Source of the DNA: Utricularia gibba
Lineage: Eukaryota; Plantae; Magnoliophyta
NCBI GenBank assembly: GCA_002189035.1
Contig: NEEC01000014.1
Coordinates: 2,914,001-2,978,000 of the forward strand
Direction of reading: 5' to 3'
Length of the DNA: 64,000 bases
The position numbers were made by a program, and so were the translations under genes. The notes under the pieces are model-generated. The model saw nothing but the letters and a program-made list of their open reading frames with translations, was not told the DNA's origin and ran no database searches. Of this stretch, positions 36,495 to 52,200 are shown piece by piece. The stretch's first letter is position 1; every line of letters starts with the position of its first letter.

Positions 36495-36716
36495 CGCTGG
36501 CAAGGCAACATACGAGAACATCTCGCAAAATCACATGCTATTATGATGATCACCGGCAAGGCAACATACGAGGACATCTCGAAAAATCAGCAAGGATTAT
36601 AGCGTGTCACCGACAAGGCAACATATGAGAACATCTCATAAAATCAGCAAAGATTCTAATGTGTCACCGGCAAGGCAACATACGAGAACATCTCGTAAAA
36701 TCAGCAAAGATTCTAA
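36495..36716. repeat. Tandem repeat, 4 x ~57 bp
   Basis: Unit caccggcaaggcaacatacgagaacatctcg.aaaatcagcaaagattcta. Confidence 0.9.
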
Positions 36717-36740
36717 CGTATACACGTATTCTGTAACCTC

Positions 36741-36752
36741 GCTCTGATACCA
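36741..36752 (-). promoter_or_regulatory. Primer-binding site complementary to tRNA-iMet
   Basis: Minus strand reads ...cccaaca-g-tggtatcagagc, directly after the LTR end. Confidence 0.85.
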
Positions 36753-36753
36753 C

Positions 36754-38194
36754 TGTTGGGTTTCTCGTAGACATCGTATGTCTCAAAAGCAGCGGAATTT
36801 TAAAAATTTTGAGAAACCCCCAACGCAGATCTTGGAATACGGTATACATCAGACGGCCTCTATGGTATCCACACGTGGAGCACTCCATCGATAACCTTCT
36901 CAAGGCTCTTGAATGCTGGTCGAATTTCTCAGGTGCTAGTAGAGAAAAACGCCTCCTTGTGGATCAGTCTCTGAGAGCACGAAGACCTTCGAGGTAGATC
37001 TCAAGATCTAAATCTTTTGATAGATATATGGTAACATATCAAATCATATCTCCGTTAAGATCTTGTCTTGTGGAGATATGTATATGTTCCAAATCTTATC
37101 TATATATGATCTTTTATTTTGAGTTTAATCAATATTAATCTCAAAATAACTCTTAATTTAATTTATCCACTTTACCAATTACATCTTATGTAATTGTGTC
37201 ATTCTATTTTATATTGATGAGTGACTCCATTATTGTGTGTGACCCTATAGGCTTCTTCAATCAAGGTCGTAATAATAGATTTATTCATTAACTCTTAATT
37301 AATCAAATCCATCATTATCGATCATGAGTGATGTCTAGCAACATATCATGATCCCCAAGATGTAAGAATAATTAGGTGAACTGATTGAGTCTTTCCATGA
37401 CCAGTTACCATGCAATGAATAGCTTTCATCATACTTATATCTCATTCGATACTAGAACATGGGTGTGTGTCTTTCTGATGTATCAAACTTATAATTGCAT
37501 TCAAGCACTGACACTCAATGACCTACTCAAACAATTCGAGTGTCATTACCCTGAGCCCAGGACTTACTGTTAGGCTTTGATGCAATTACTTGAGATATGA
37601 TCTCATCGCTAACATGAGTGATGAATCCTTTATTGATCAATCAACTATCTCCAACCTTAAGGAGTCACATCCCTACTCATCCATACTAGGCAAGCCATGG
37701 TTAGGCTCCCATTAGTAATGAGCGAAAATGTGAGCTTAAGATCAAGATAACTTTGTTGACCTCAAGTCTAAGCTTACTTGCACGGCTGTCATATTCGAGA
37801 TCTTGCTACTAACACTTGGTTAGCTTCCCATAGTAGCATCTCGAAGATGAGTCATCCAGTGAATCGATTCTCTAATCGACACCCACACATAGGTTATAGT
37901 AATCTCATTACATCACTTGTGAGAACCATTGCCTAAACAATTTAGGGAACTCAATGTGTGCCAGCTTATCCATATTTGTGATATCCTCATTTCACAAATA
38001 CTCTAGCTAGAGAGTTTTTAACTTGATCATGAGTGCTTGAAGAATCTCACATTATGATCTCATCATAATTTCTATAGCACATAGATCAAGTAGAGGATTT
38101 TATCAATGATATAAATTTGATCACAATTCAAAGTAAATATCATAAGATAAGATTTGCCAATGAGTTGATTGTCTCTAGAACACATACACTAATA
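36754..38194 (-). mobile_element. 5' LTR (~1.44 kb) of an Angela-like Copia element
   Basis: Minus strand starts t(a)ttagtgtatgtgttctagagacaat and ends aaaattccgctgc...cccaaca + PBS. Homologous partial copy at 61020-61590. Confidence 0.75.
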
Positions 38195-38199
38195 GATCT

Positions 38200-40500
38200 C
38201 AACCAGAATGGAGTTTTCTTTAGTTGGAGCATCTGTCATGGGTTCTTGAATTTCATTCATCATGCTATCTTTGCTTTTTTATGTCTTGGAAATAACTTTT
38301 TTCTTGGAAAAAAAACATCACACAATAAATATTTTTAATATTTATAATAATAAGCATGCAAACACTAATCAATAAAGCAATTAATGTTCAATCTTAATTG
38401 GGAGAATTGGCTTCATGTGACTGTTGTTTTTGTTTTCAAGTTCGTGCATTATGGTCTGGCATTTTACAAGTAGTGCACAATATCACATGTGCCTCACTGA
38501 ATGATTTTTTCCTTCTATCAAGTCCTACGAGAGGTTCATCTGGTAATCTTTTTCTATTTTTGGATGGTCTACCAACTTTTTTCCTTGCTGGCAATGCTTC
38601 TAGAGATGGTTTATCAACACGAGGCTGATATTTAGATGAACGTATGCCAATAACAAAACTTTGGTAAGCAGCACGGTATTCTTCCATAGTGTAGTATTGA
38701 TCTATCCACCTATAGGAATCCTCCCTAGAGGCCCGTAGCGCACAAATAGCATGGCTACAAGGGATTCCAATAAGTTCCCATCTTCGGCATGAGCATGATT
38801 TCAATGCTAGATCAACACAAACTTGTTCAAGTTAACCTTACAGTAACTTGCCAAATAAGATCATTGCTAGGCTTTGGTGTATAATGCTTTGAATTTTCAA
38901 CAGATTTATCAAACAACTTGCAAATGTGAGGACAAATAGTTGTTGTCCATTTCTCTCCCATCTATCGACAATTGCACAGCCTAACCATCACAAGTTTTCA
39001 AATCAAGTCAAGTAGCTGAATAATTGATTTGTCTCTCACTTGTAAAATAAAAGAATTAAAACTTTTTGACATATTATTCAGCAGTGTGTCGCATTTGGTG
39101 TGCATATTAAAGAACACATTGCACCAACATTTAGCAGGTTTTCCTTCTAACCACTTTTAAGCATCAGAGTCAAGAGCTTTAAATTGTTGCATTGCGATGT
39201 CAAAAATTTCAGGAGTGGATGCTCTGACTGCTTTCCAAAATGATGTCTTCAATAAAGGTGAACTATATCCAGCATGCTTCATATTTGTATACTTATCTAG
39301 CATAGAATCGATTTTCAGCTTCAGGAAAAATAATATCAAATGCTAGAAGCAGTCCCTTGTCTTTATTAGATACAAAACAATATTTGTACATATTTGTTGC
39401 ATCGATTTCCAAGTCACTCCACAATAGGGTTAGAAACCATAGCCAACTTTCTTTATTCTCCCTTTCTACAATTGCCCATGCAATGAGCAAAATGTTATTA
39501 TTTGGATCCAATCCAACAGTTGCAAGAACTTGTCCTTGAAATAGACTCTTCAAGAAACATCCATCGACACCAATAATGAGTCTACATGCTTTTAGAAAAC
39601 CTTCCTTGCTTGCTTTAAAGCACATGTAAACCCTCTGAAATTTTTTGGAAGTTCCAAAACTTGGTAGAACATGAAATACACATCGTGTTTTTGAGTTAGA
39701 TTTCTTAACCCCAGCTGTTTAATTATACAACTTCTTAAACTGATCAATGTGATGACCATTGATGATTTTCATTGCCAACGCTTGTTCTCTATAAGCTTTC
39801 ATCAGGAAGATACAAACACTAAGTTTTGGGAAATCATATCTTTGAAGAGCCTTGGTGTGAGTTTTCTATTTTGCCGAAACTTCTTCAAATATGTTTTACC
39901 AAGACATGTAGAAGTAATACCCATATTTCGATGTTGATGTCCACATTCATCATGATGTTTATCTTGAAATTCTCTCAATGTCAATGAGCCATTATTACGA
40001 AATTTACTGATGCAAATCATCCACAGACAGCCTTCTTGTACACATTTCGCTTCTATACGCAAAGCCTTGTTTTTTGTAAACCTCACATTCTTTCCTTGAC
40101 AATAGCAATGTTGTTTAATAGCATCTCTTACTTCATCTTTAGAATGAAACTTCATGCACAAATTAAATTCAGGTATCTTCTTACACGTTTTAGGATTGAA
40201 GAAAGAGCTCTTGTCAAATTTGGCTTCATCTTCTGAGCAAGTCATGTCACTATCAATATCATCATCACTTAAGGTGCAACCAACATCATTTGCATCATTT
40301 ACAAACTCAGAATCTACAGCATCTATGCCACTGCTACATAAAGCACTTGCTTTCTTTAAATATTCATCATAATCATTGTCAATGTTAACATCTTTTTCTA
40401 TTTCATAATCCGAATCAATCAAACTTTCTAATTCATCATCAGAGCCAATGTATGCTTCGTTCTCCTCATAGTTTATATCCCCAAGTTCACTCATTCAGCC
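38200..40500 (-). pseudogene. MuDR/MULE transposase (third element), decayed
   Basis: FNLCMKFHSKDEVRDAIKQH; CLWMI; CRLIIGVDGCFLK...GLDPNNNILLIAWAIVERENKESWLWFL; SWIM SCSCRRWELIGIPCSHA; zinc knuckle CTTCKMPDHNART. Confidence 0.92.
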
Positions 40501-41149
40501 ACATAAACTATCAGCATGAAGAAAATAGCCATGGAAAAATCAAAACCAACATTATCAAATTAGTAAAAAAAACAATAAATATCAAAACTTCATCGATTAT
40601 CATCACTAAAAAAAACTTACTTGTAACAACTCAAAAAATATTACACTAAAGATAAAAAAATCTACTAAACCTTAAAAGTAACTATTCTTAAATGAAAAAA
40701 AGGCAAGGGCTTCATGAGTGAGCTACTTCTTGTTCGGTAGAAATAAGAGGTAGAAAGGAATATTAACAGAAGTATAAATGAAGCAATTTTCAAAGATGAT
40801 AAAGTAATTCTTACTCACCGGTGATGCAATGGAAAAAATTAAAGCCAAATATGAGTACAACCTTTTTGCTCCTAACGATCCATCACAGTAATATTCTTCG
40901 AGCTAAGGCTAGTGAGCTTTTGTGAGAACGGGTTAATTTTGGGGGTGTGTAGTGTTTACCGGCGCGTGGATGGTATGATATACAATAATGATTATAATAA
41001 TGGGTATGTAGTGTAATTTCAAAAGATATGGATATATTGTGCAAAAAAAGTATACAGTATGGGTACGAAATGCAATTTCCTCATTACCTTTGCAACAAAA
41101 TGGCCACCACAAGGTAATTTGTTTCAATGAGTAAGAATATAGGATTCAG

Positions 41150-41690
41150 CTCACCTTGATGAATGAATCATTAAAAAACTTGATCAGGTCCAACCTTCCA
41201 TAATTAGGGTCATCTCAAATATAATGCATACTAATTCTCCACAACTTGTTCTGCTGATGCTATTGGAATTCTCTAAGGGATTGTCTTGTAACTAGATAAT
41301 TCACAATATCCATGTATCGAGGATTTCATTCTTGAATCACGCACAAGTGCTCATCAAGGGAGTTGTCATCAATGGGGCTTTATGCTTCGTTAGAAGTGAT
41401 GTGACCAAATTCTCACATCCTCTTTTGTTTTTAAGGACTTCATTCTTGAACTCTTGTAGTAGTAGTAGTATCCATTTCATAGATGAGGTTTGGAATCCTT
41501 TTTATTGAGAAAATACTATTATCCTCTTTTTTGGAGTAAACACTGATTTTTGTTTGAAGCAAGTAGAGTCTAAATATCTACAATGTAAAAATGTCAACCA
41601 AAAGCTTCTTTTACATTGTGATGTAATTCCTTTGCACACCATTATGGCTCATTGATTCATAATGAATAACATGTAATGTCTTCTTCACTT
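41150..41690 (-). mobile_element. Athila-like Gypsy RNase H / linker remnant
   Basis: Minus strand resembles NYTTTEKELLAV, KKDSKP..WILLLQEF and IDDNFPDEHL...DIVNYLVT. Confidence 0.65.
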
Positions 41691-41749
41691 TTTGTTCTAG
41701 AATTGCTCCTAAAGCTACATTATTAGTATAACACATTAATTCAAATGGT

Positions 41750-43244
41750 AAATTCCATTATCGTGTTAAGGCAACATATGAGGCACAATTTAACAAGATA
41801 ATGGGTTGCTGTCAACAATTGGAAGCCATCAACCCAGGTTCAACTGTTAAATTAGATTTAGTTGATGATTCTATTGAACTAGGCCGCAAACGGTTCAAAA
41901 GGCTGTACATTTGCTTGGGTTCTTGTAAAAATGGTTTTAGGCTTGGTTGTATAAAAATTTTCGGCATAGATGGATGTTTTTTGATTGAAAATGTAGGGGG
42001 CGAGTTGCTTACTGCAGTAGGTCTAGATGCAAATAATAGAGTTTACCCAATAGCATATGCACTTGTCGAAGGAAAAAATAAAGAGGCTTGGAGCTGGTTT
42101 CTATCTATTTTAAAGGAGGATATTGGCATTACGGATGACAACATGCAGGAGTATGTGATCATGTCTGATCGAGATAAAGGATTGGAGTATGCTACCACAA
42201 TTATTCTTCCCAATATCAAGGTTTACATTTTTTACTTTGTTATGTTTTTTTCATTTTTTTGTCACATTAACATATGACTCTTGATTCCAGGTAAGGCATT
42301 GTGTTAGACATATGATCCAAAATTTAAAAGATAATGGCTATGGGGCTATGGCGATTCAAAGCATTGTATGGAGTGTTGTTCAAGCAGCAACTAAACAAGC
42401 GTTCGACCTTCACTTTTCTGAACTTGAGAAGGTTAGTGAAGGTACCTATGCTTACATGTGTAATATACCTTGGCATTTTTGGGCTAGCTACACATTTTCA
42501 GAGGGCACCACTAGTGATATTTTGCTAAATAACATGGCTGAAACCTTCAACTCAATGATTTTACTCGCAAGAAAGTTACCTCTGGTGCCAATGTTAGAGG
42601 GGATCAGAAAGAAACTTATGGAACGTTTTGCAAAAAATCTTTGTGCCTGCCTAAAATGGAAGACTTCAATCTGTCCTCGAATATGGAAAATTGTCCAACT
42701 GAATGAGGAAAAACAAGGCACTGGAAGAGTTATTCCATCTGATGGATGGAATTGGGAATGGACGGATGGCGAAGATCAGCACTGTGTGGATCTTGCAAGG
42801 AAAACATGCACTTGTCGCCGATTTCAACTAATAGGTACTGATATTAATAAGTGTAGCACATACTTTCTTTTTCTAATTTGTGTTTTTCTAGACATACCGT
42901 GCAAACATGCATTAGTAGCATTGAAGGCAAAGAAATAAGTCATCCACAATTTCATAAGTCCTCACTATAGTGTGAGTGCCTATGAAATGTGCTACAGCAT
43001 GCATATCCCACCTATGCTTGGCAACTTGTACTGGCCGTTACATGAGGGGGATCCACCTTTGCCACCATTGGTTCCTGTTAGGCGAAATGGCAGACCAAAG
43101 CAAAGTCGGCATCGACGAAAAGATGAACCGCGCAAAAGGTACACAAGCATCAGCACCTATAGATGCTCCATTTGCAAGGCCAAAGGGCACAACAAGAAGA
43201 ATTGTCCTCAAAAAGACACGCAGGTGGATTTACAGTCACAGTGA
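41750..43244 (+). pseudogene. MuDR/MULE transposase C-terminal half (fourth element)
   Basis: NPGSTV; FKRLYICL; FGIDGCFL...VGLDANNRVYPIAYALVEGKNKEAWSWFL; MSDRDKGL; LLNNMAETFN; CTCRRFQLIG/IPCKHA; CSICKAKGHNKKNC. Right TIR-like sequence near 44240-44343. Confidence 0.92.
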
Positions 43245-43709
43245 AGTGGCACTAAAAGGAAGAGGGGGAAGAAGAAGACATCAAAAGCGTAGGCACTTTT
43301 CAAGGCATATGTAGTAATGGCTTATTAAGGCGCTAGTTTTTGAAAATGTTGTAATGCCAAGCATATCTTTTGTAATTCGAAGTTACCTTGGCTTTTTGTG
43401 ATACTGCCTTGTTAAAGCAACAACAATTTGCATTTTAATAAAACCAAGTCCACTAAAACTAACAAACGTGTTCTTTAAAACACATTAATTGTACAACATA
43501 AACTACTTCAAAATAAAAAGCACGATACTAAGAACCCTCTTCAACATAAGCTTCCAATGCTAAGCACTTTTTTTTAGCCAATCAACCCTTTCGAGATGTT
43601 GCTGTAGACTAGCACGATACTGAAACAATTTTAGGAAATGATTAGACTTTACAAATCATAAATCATTCCATTCTAAGAATTAATCATATTCAATCTCAAA
43701 TATGTCAAG

Positions 43710-44129
43710 ACATTCCTACCTCCTCAACACGCATTTGTGCTTCACAGATTTTCTCCACAAGATCCATATTAACCTCTTCTAATGCCCGAATCTGGAATTA
43801 AAAAGACTGGTCTGTAATCACTCTTGGGAATCAATATGAACATCAATTTTAACCGAAAAAAACCTAACCTGCTGCTCCACTTTAGAGGGAGTCAAGGAAT
43901 TATTTTTTACCCCATCAGATGACTCCAAGCCCAACTCTTCCTTCAACTTCTTTACTGTTGACACGAGCTGATTGATAGTTTCATCGATAGTCCTGTTAGC
44001 ATTGGTCGTGGATGCTCTCTTCACTTGCGTCCATAGCTCTTCACCACCCACGTCTTTCCCGGCCTTCCTCTTTTTCGACTTCTTGCCAGATGCTGCACCG
44101 ATTTGAGACTTACCACTCGACATTCGCAA
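43710..44129 (-). CDS. Putative small MULE accessory (mudrB-position) protein, basic N-terminus + coiled coil
   Basis: GKKSKKRKAGK basic patch; LWTQVKR; after a probable intron, IRALEEVNMDLVEKICEAQMRVEE. Lies convergent to the transposase inside the TIR. Function unknown. Confidence 0.4.
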
Positions 44130-45168
44130 TTCTTCGACTAGGGTTCACCAATTTGGGGGCGGGGCAGTTATAACTGCATTAAAAGGTCAACAAATATCAT
44201 TTTTTGAGTCGGGTTTGTTAAAAGGGCCGGGTCAATCCATTAAAATACACGGTTTTGTAACAGAGAGGATCAAAGTATCACAAGAATAGACGAAAAAGGA
44301 TTCAATTGGATCCACACTAAAAAGGGGGACGAAATAAAATCCCTTACATGAAATTGAGGACCAATTTGATGATTTCTCCATGCACAACCCCTCACCTTCA
44401 CTGAGACGTCGAATACAATATTGAAAATAAAACTGAAAACTTCATAAATGTAGATAATCATTCAGCTTAACAAAGCATATGAGTGGGGATTTTAGTGACC
44501 AATGAGTTGAATCATAATAATATGATTATACAAAGATAAATGAATGATCATATATATAAGCTGGTAGATAAATATGAGATTAGAGTGAAAGTTGGGAGCA
44601 TACGTCACATGGTGTAAAGCAAATTTATTTCCAACAATAACTATTACAATTTTGGAAATGATTGCTTTAACTTCATTTAACATAGTAACTTAGTGGTCAT
44701 ATATTTAAAACTCCTATATCTAAAATCCAATAATCACGAATAAACATACTATACAACTTTTCAAAATCTCCTTTTTTTCTATAACTTACTTCATCGATTA
44801 CTAAATAATTATGACATTTGTTTTCCATTGTTTTGAACTAAAAAAGTTTTAATGTTAGAAGAATTTGGATTCATCGTACAGAATTCACGTTAACATGAAC
44901 ATCCGTCAGAGTTTTGACTCCATTATGCAAAGTCATAACTAAGGAATTTCTGCCACCCCTTGCTAAATTTCATATGTGAGCAACAAAACCCAAGTTCTCA
45001 TTTAAAGTAGCAACTGAAAAATCACGATAAGATGTTATTGTGGTCGACCCACAGACTTCATCCTCCAAGCGTAATCGACGCCAGGATGAAATCGGGTCTC
45101 GCTCTGTTCAGTAACGCCACGGGGAAGAAGGGCTGATACGGATAGCTAAGACAAACCGACCCTCTTTA

Positions 45169-45201
45169 TGGGGCCGGACTAAACATAATGGGCCTGACCC
45201 A
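45169..45201. promoter_or_regulatory. Site II-like motif(s) upstream of RabE1
   Basis: TGGGCC at 45189-45194 and ggggcc near 45171, ~270 bp upstream of the ATG. Confidence 0.35.
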
Positions 45202-45455
45202 AGTAATTTTTAATTTGTGTGGCTTGACGGTTGAATTTATTCAACGCCTGATGATGCTAATTCCCTCCTCTTTTGGATCATTTTCCATTTTAGTAGATCC
45301 ACGCTCTGGGATCTGGTAATCTCATTTGCAGTTTTCTGCATCATGAGCTGATGGGGCAAACGCGGGGATTTGATTGAATTGCTACTTTTTTTTTTCTAGT
45401 GTTATGGTTTAATTCATCAAGTAATGTCGATTTTTTCAGAAAGGGGACAAATCTG

Positions 45456-47165
<1,710 letters not shown>

Positions 47166-49277
47166 GGTTAAACAAAAGCAGTCTTTTATATCAGTTTAAC
47201 TCATTCCTGAAATTGCTTGGGTTATGCCCTACTTGTCTGAATTTTTGTACGCACCCTGTGGAGCTCCAAGCTTGTGGATTTGCTTTTGTAGTGTGTTGCA
47301 ATTCATAACTCGCACCCCTAGGGGGTGGGTACTTTGTGTCAAATATAATGAGCGCCATTAAATTTACCATTCGTTGGACTTTTTACCGTGTGTGGTGGTT
47401 ATTCTTCTGAGACACCATGCCTCCATTAATTGAGCTCCCACCAGTCGTTTCCCTGAACACCTTTATGTTTTCACCCTGAATTGAAACAAAAAGGGAATAA
47501 AGAATGCCTTTTTACCCTATCTGGTTGAATTACCGGGGCATGTGCACCAAATGATGGTGATTTTAGGTAACCACTCATTGGTGATGTAAAAAGAACTCCA
47601 TGCGCGCTGTAAGGTAAGAATTATGGACCATAGAAGGAAGATCTACCCATCATATCTGATATTATTTATTGGCATAGTTATAGTGTTGGTCTACAAGCAT
47701 ACTGCGGCAAGGGGTGCAATTATGTGGCGTAGTAGTACTACATTACTGTCATCTATCTTAATACTGACCGGCGACCGCTCTTGGATGAGCAAATCCGGTT
47801 TGGGGCAGTGGGGATACCTCATGTCCTTTCTTACCCTCTGGACCAAAACACACTTGTGCCCGGGGGCAAATCAAATATGAAAGGAGAAAAAAAATTGTCG
47901 GAGATTCTCTCTCTCTCTCTCACACACCTTAAAAGTGATGTGCGGAAGCGGTATGGATGTTGATCCCTTCTCAGCACCATGACTGGGTCCGTGTGTTGCT
48001 TCGATGCATAAAAATACCTGCGAGTGCGAGGCGACCTCATTTGGCACTTGCCTATACACACACAAATGCAAAGGAAGTCAAAAGACAAAGTTCGGGGGGT
48101 TGGAGCGAGGGCCCACATTCAATCATATTTTTGGACCACCACTTGGGGGTTCTCTCATTTCACATTAGGCATTAGCCCTCCCCTCCCCTCCAAGGCCGTA
48201 CCCAACCAGCGGTTGAAAACCGGGCAACCGGATGATAAGTACTAATGTGTTTCCCTCCTCGGTGAACCGGGTTGTTCTGTCATCCGTGTCTGGGCTCCTG
48301 GTGCCTCACTTATTACTACCCGAGTAAGCATTTATATTTTCCATTAACATACAGGTGAAAAAAAGGAAACAGTGGATAGGCATCTTGCAGCATGGACCGG
48401 ACATGGCCATGGACATGGACATGGTGAGCGTTGGGTACATGTCTCACTTTTACCCATGGCTTCTCATAAATGATCATATTGTGGCTTCCATAATGTGTGG
48501 CGTCATAAATACTCCTTTAAATGATAAATTAATTATTCTAAAATAATGCCGTAGAGTAGGTTGACCGATGCGTCACGCGGGACGGGACGTCCCCCTCATG
48601 CCCACGTGTTCACCAAACAACACATGACCCCGAGGCGACTATACCAAAAGGAAGACCATCCCCAATTTGATCTCACGGTGCGGGTGCACCAATTTATTTC
48701 AATCGCTCTACATGCGCCAGGTTTGCCCCCGGGAGTTTCATATTTTTTTTCAAAATTTGGTGGACGCGTGTGCAGGGGTCCCCACGATTTGCCCCAATTC
48801 TCACACTGCACCCGCCTGCAATCCTCTCGTATTTTTCAAACCCACACACAGGCACAGGTACCAGAGAGAAAGAAAAAGAAAGATAGAACTACTCGTTTTT
48901 TCCAACACACACATTGCTCGCTTCAGTTCCGTCATTAATGCACACCCCGAAGCTCTCCCTCACATGCTCTCCGTGTCTCCTTCTCCCTCAACACGTAATG
49001 ACGGTGGATGGATCATGAATGATCACCCTTACGAGTATTTCTCACTTCCTCCCTGCCTTGTCCTCTCTGCTCCATATTTTGCCTTCTGCTTTTATGGAGC
49101 TTCGGTGATGATTCCTTTTTATGCGTAATGCGCTGGAAGATCTGCTTCACATGATTGCTTTCTTTTCCGTTCGTGGTGAAATGCAGAGGTCGTGACAACA
49201 TGCGGAAAAATATCTGGATTGCGTCGAGTTTGGATCGCGCTATGTTTTTTTCTTCGATTTGAGTTGCAATTAACGAA

Positions 49278-52200
49278 ATGGAGAGATTGAGGATCACGAA
49301 ATCTACAAGTGCTTCGGGCGTTGAAGGTTATTTCTCTAGATAATTGTTTATCTGGTTTTGAATTGTTTACCGGAGAAATAGCTTTTTTTCTGTTTTGGCA
49401 ATCAGAAACAATTGGATGGTAATCTAAGGTTAAATATCTTCATATTACAAGTGTGTTCCGCAGTTTCTCTTGTTCTGCAGAAACATACACTTTTTTCCAT
49501 ACCTCAGAGTTTGATTCCTTATCTTGTCCTTGTTTATTCTGAAAGCCAGCAGGAACTGTTGCTAACATTCCGAGGATTGAAAAGGTTTGATAGAAAGGGG
49601 TGTCCGCTGGAAAGCCTCTTCTTAAGTTGCCTGCCATTTTGTTGCTCATTTTCGTCTTGATCTTGGATTTTTTTTCTTTTGAGACACCGCGTATCATGGC
49701 TTTACCTATTTAAAAGAGTGACAAGGTTTTTTTGACTCGCTTTCCCTTTTTTCTTATTTTCACATGAATTCAAACTCCATTTCCATCTTTTCCTCATGGG
49801 TTCCCTCGTGTTACCTTTGTGCCGTGTTATCTGATTCCGTACAAATTTCAAAACTTACTCCCACTCTTTTTGCTGTGAAATTGTCAGTTGTTTCATTCAA
49901 TGTTTCCTGTGATTGACAGAGTTCTCCATGAGTTTCATGTTGAAAATTTGAACATTCAACAGGACTGCAACAGATTTTAAAGCAGAAATCTTCTTCAAGC
50001 TTGTTTTCAGATTCTTTTCCATGTACTGATGGAAGCAAGGTAGGGGATGAATCGTAATAATATACTTTTGTTCACGATAAGCTTTAGGTTGATTGGTTTA
50101 TCATTTTAAGTGGATCTGAGAATATTTTGATCGGGTTTCTACAGATCATTTTTGAGCTGGGAAAGAGGTCTATGATGAAAAAGTCAACGACTGAGGAAAT
50201 GCCAGCAGAGGGTGAACCCAAGAAACGAGCTCCTAGTGTTATTGCTAGGTTAATGGGTGTTGAAGCATTGCCATCCCCGAAACATGCTCATAGACAACAA
50301 AGAAGCTCAGACATTTGCCAACAGAAGACTGCTGCTCATCCTAGTTCTCAAGTTCATGATGTTCGACGCCGGAGAAGTTCAATAGACCATCAGGATTTCA
50401 AGGATGTGTACGAGGATCTGGAAGCAGCACATGCTGTAAACCAACGATGTTTTTCAGGGTGGCATCCGAGACCAATTCTGGCAACACCGGATATGATTTC
50501 TACTCATCATAACTTTCGTGATGCTGAGCATCTACAATCTGATGAAATGGTTCAAAACTGGGATGGCGTGGATGATACGTTGGAGATGCTTGAGTTCCAC
50601 GAATGTGTAATGCCGAAGTTACACAAGCAGCCTGGTTCATTTGCTGTGAAGTATGGACCGCAGATAGCTTCTAAGAGTTCTTATGGTAGCCCTATAACAG
50701 TGTTGACACCTTTGAGTTCTGAGAAGTATGATACCAATGACGGATGCAGATCAGAGAAGCATAATTTTGACGAGCTCCATTGTATTTCTTCCCTGGCACG
50801 CAAAGACGGCCTTCTCCTTGAACACCATAATCCCAACAGAGCTCGTCTACTTCGGAGTTCTCATATGTCCCTGCTGGAAGAAGATAATGAGGAAGATATG
50901 CCTCTTAAAAGAACGTTTACCCTAAAACCAAAACAGGGGAAGATCAGGTTTTCAGGGCCATCTTGTACATTGGATCATCTGCCACGTGAATATCAGTGTA
51001 AGTATCACCCTTCAAAGGAATTTCGAAATACTGGAGGTGCTCAAGAGGGATCACGGACGAGGAAATCTCCATCTCATAAAATTGGTTTTCCACGGCCAAT
51101 TTCCAGAGAAGCTATGGAGATTGCTAGGAGAATTTCTATGAGAATAAGAGAAGGCTGGGATGAATACGTGGATGCCAACTCCACTGCTTTTGGGGGATAC
51201 ACTGGGGATGAGAGCTCGAATGAAAGTGATTCCGGAAGTGATTTGGAGCTTTTTCAATCTCCTTGTAGGAAATCATTCGCTGAAACTGACTTCTGTGGAT
51301 TCCCATCTTCTTCATATGTGTCATCATCTGTTAATAGGGAAGCCAAAAAGCAGATATGCGAGCGATGGAAAATGAATCAGAAATATCAAGGCCTGGAAAT
51401 GAATCGAAATGGAAGCACACTAGCTGAGATGCTTGCTTTGTCTGATCGAGAATCCACCCCAACTTATTCAGCCTCAAAGAGTTGCCTTGGTAGGGTTAAC
51501 AGTCAGTTTCATACCTACAACGTGGCTATGAATAACAATATTCCTCTAGGTATCAGTAGCAGAGATGGTTGGAAAGACGATGTGAACACAAGGCCATCTA
51601 GATCAAGATCACTCTCTGCGTCTTTTGGCAGTTCTGCAATGTGTCTTTATGCAGATGAATTGGCAAAAAATCTGCATGAGCGCAGTTTTACGGCATCCCA
51701 TGACAGAAAGAGAGAGAAGAAAGGAAATCTAAATAGCAAAGAAGAATATTATTTGCCTATTCGTTCAAGTTCCTCTTATGAAAAGCCTTACCACTGCCAG
51801 AAACTAAATGATAATGAGGCTTACTGTTTTGAAAAGGCCAGTTTCAAGTCTGAACCGAGTTTAGCTTCTTCAGATGTATCATGTGAACCATTGAGCTCCC
51901 AAGTTGTCGTGGATGGGGGCAATGAGGTAGCTTTGGTTCTAAATCCAGGGAGCATAATCATTTCTTCAGCGGCTTCTGATATAAACCATAAGAATTCGTC
52001 TGATGGTAGCATAAACTCCGTTGTCCAGGTACAAGTTTTAATTTCGTTGAACCATCTTTGAATATTCGTTCTTTGTAATGAACAACGATTACTTTTTTGA
52101 TGGTGATTCAGGAGGCACCAGCTCTCAGGAGTTCTCATCCTGAGCCAGAGTCATCGGAAAGCTCCAAGGAAGCTGATCATTCAAGTCCAATTTCAGTCCT

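Noticed and set aside
44480-44700. Copia-like fragment (LHHVTYAPNFHSNLIFIYQL)
   Set aside because: Single short motif with no flanking support.
47623-49128. Several 60-150 aa ORFs upstream of the TRM-like gene
   Set aside because: Overlapping on both strands, no recognisable domains; consistent with promoter and 5' UTR DNA.
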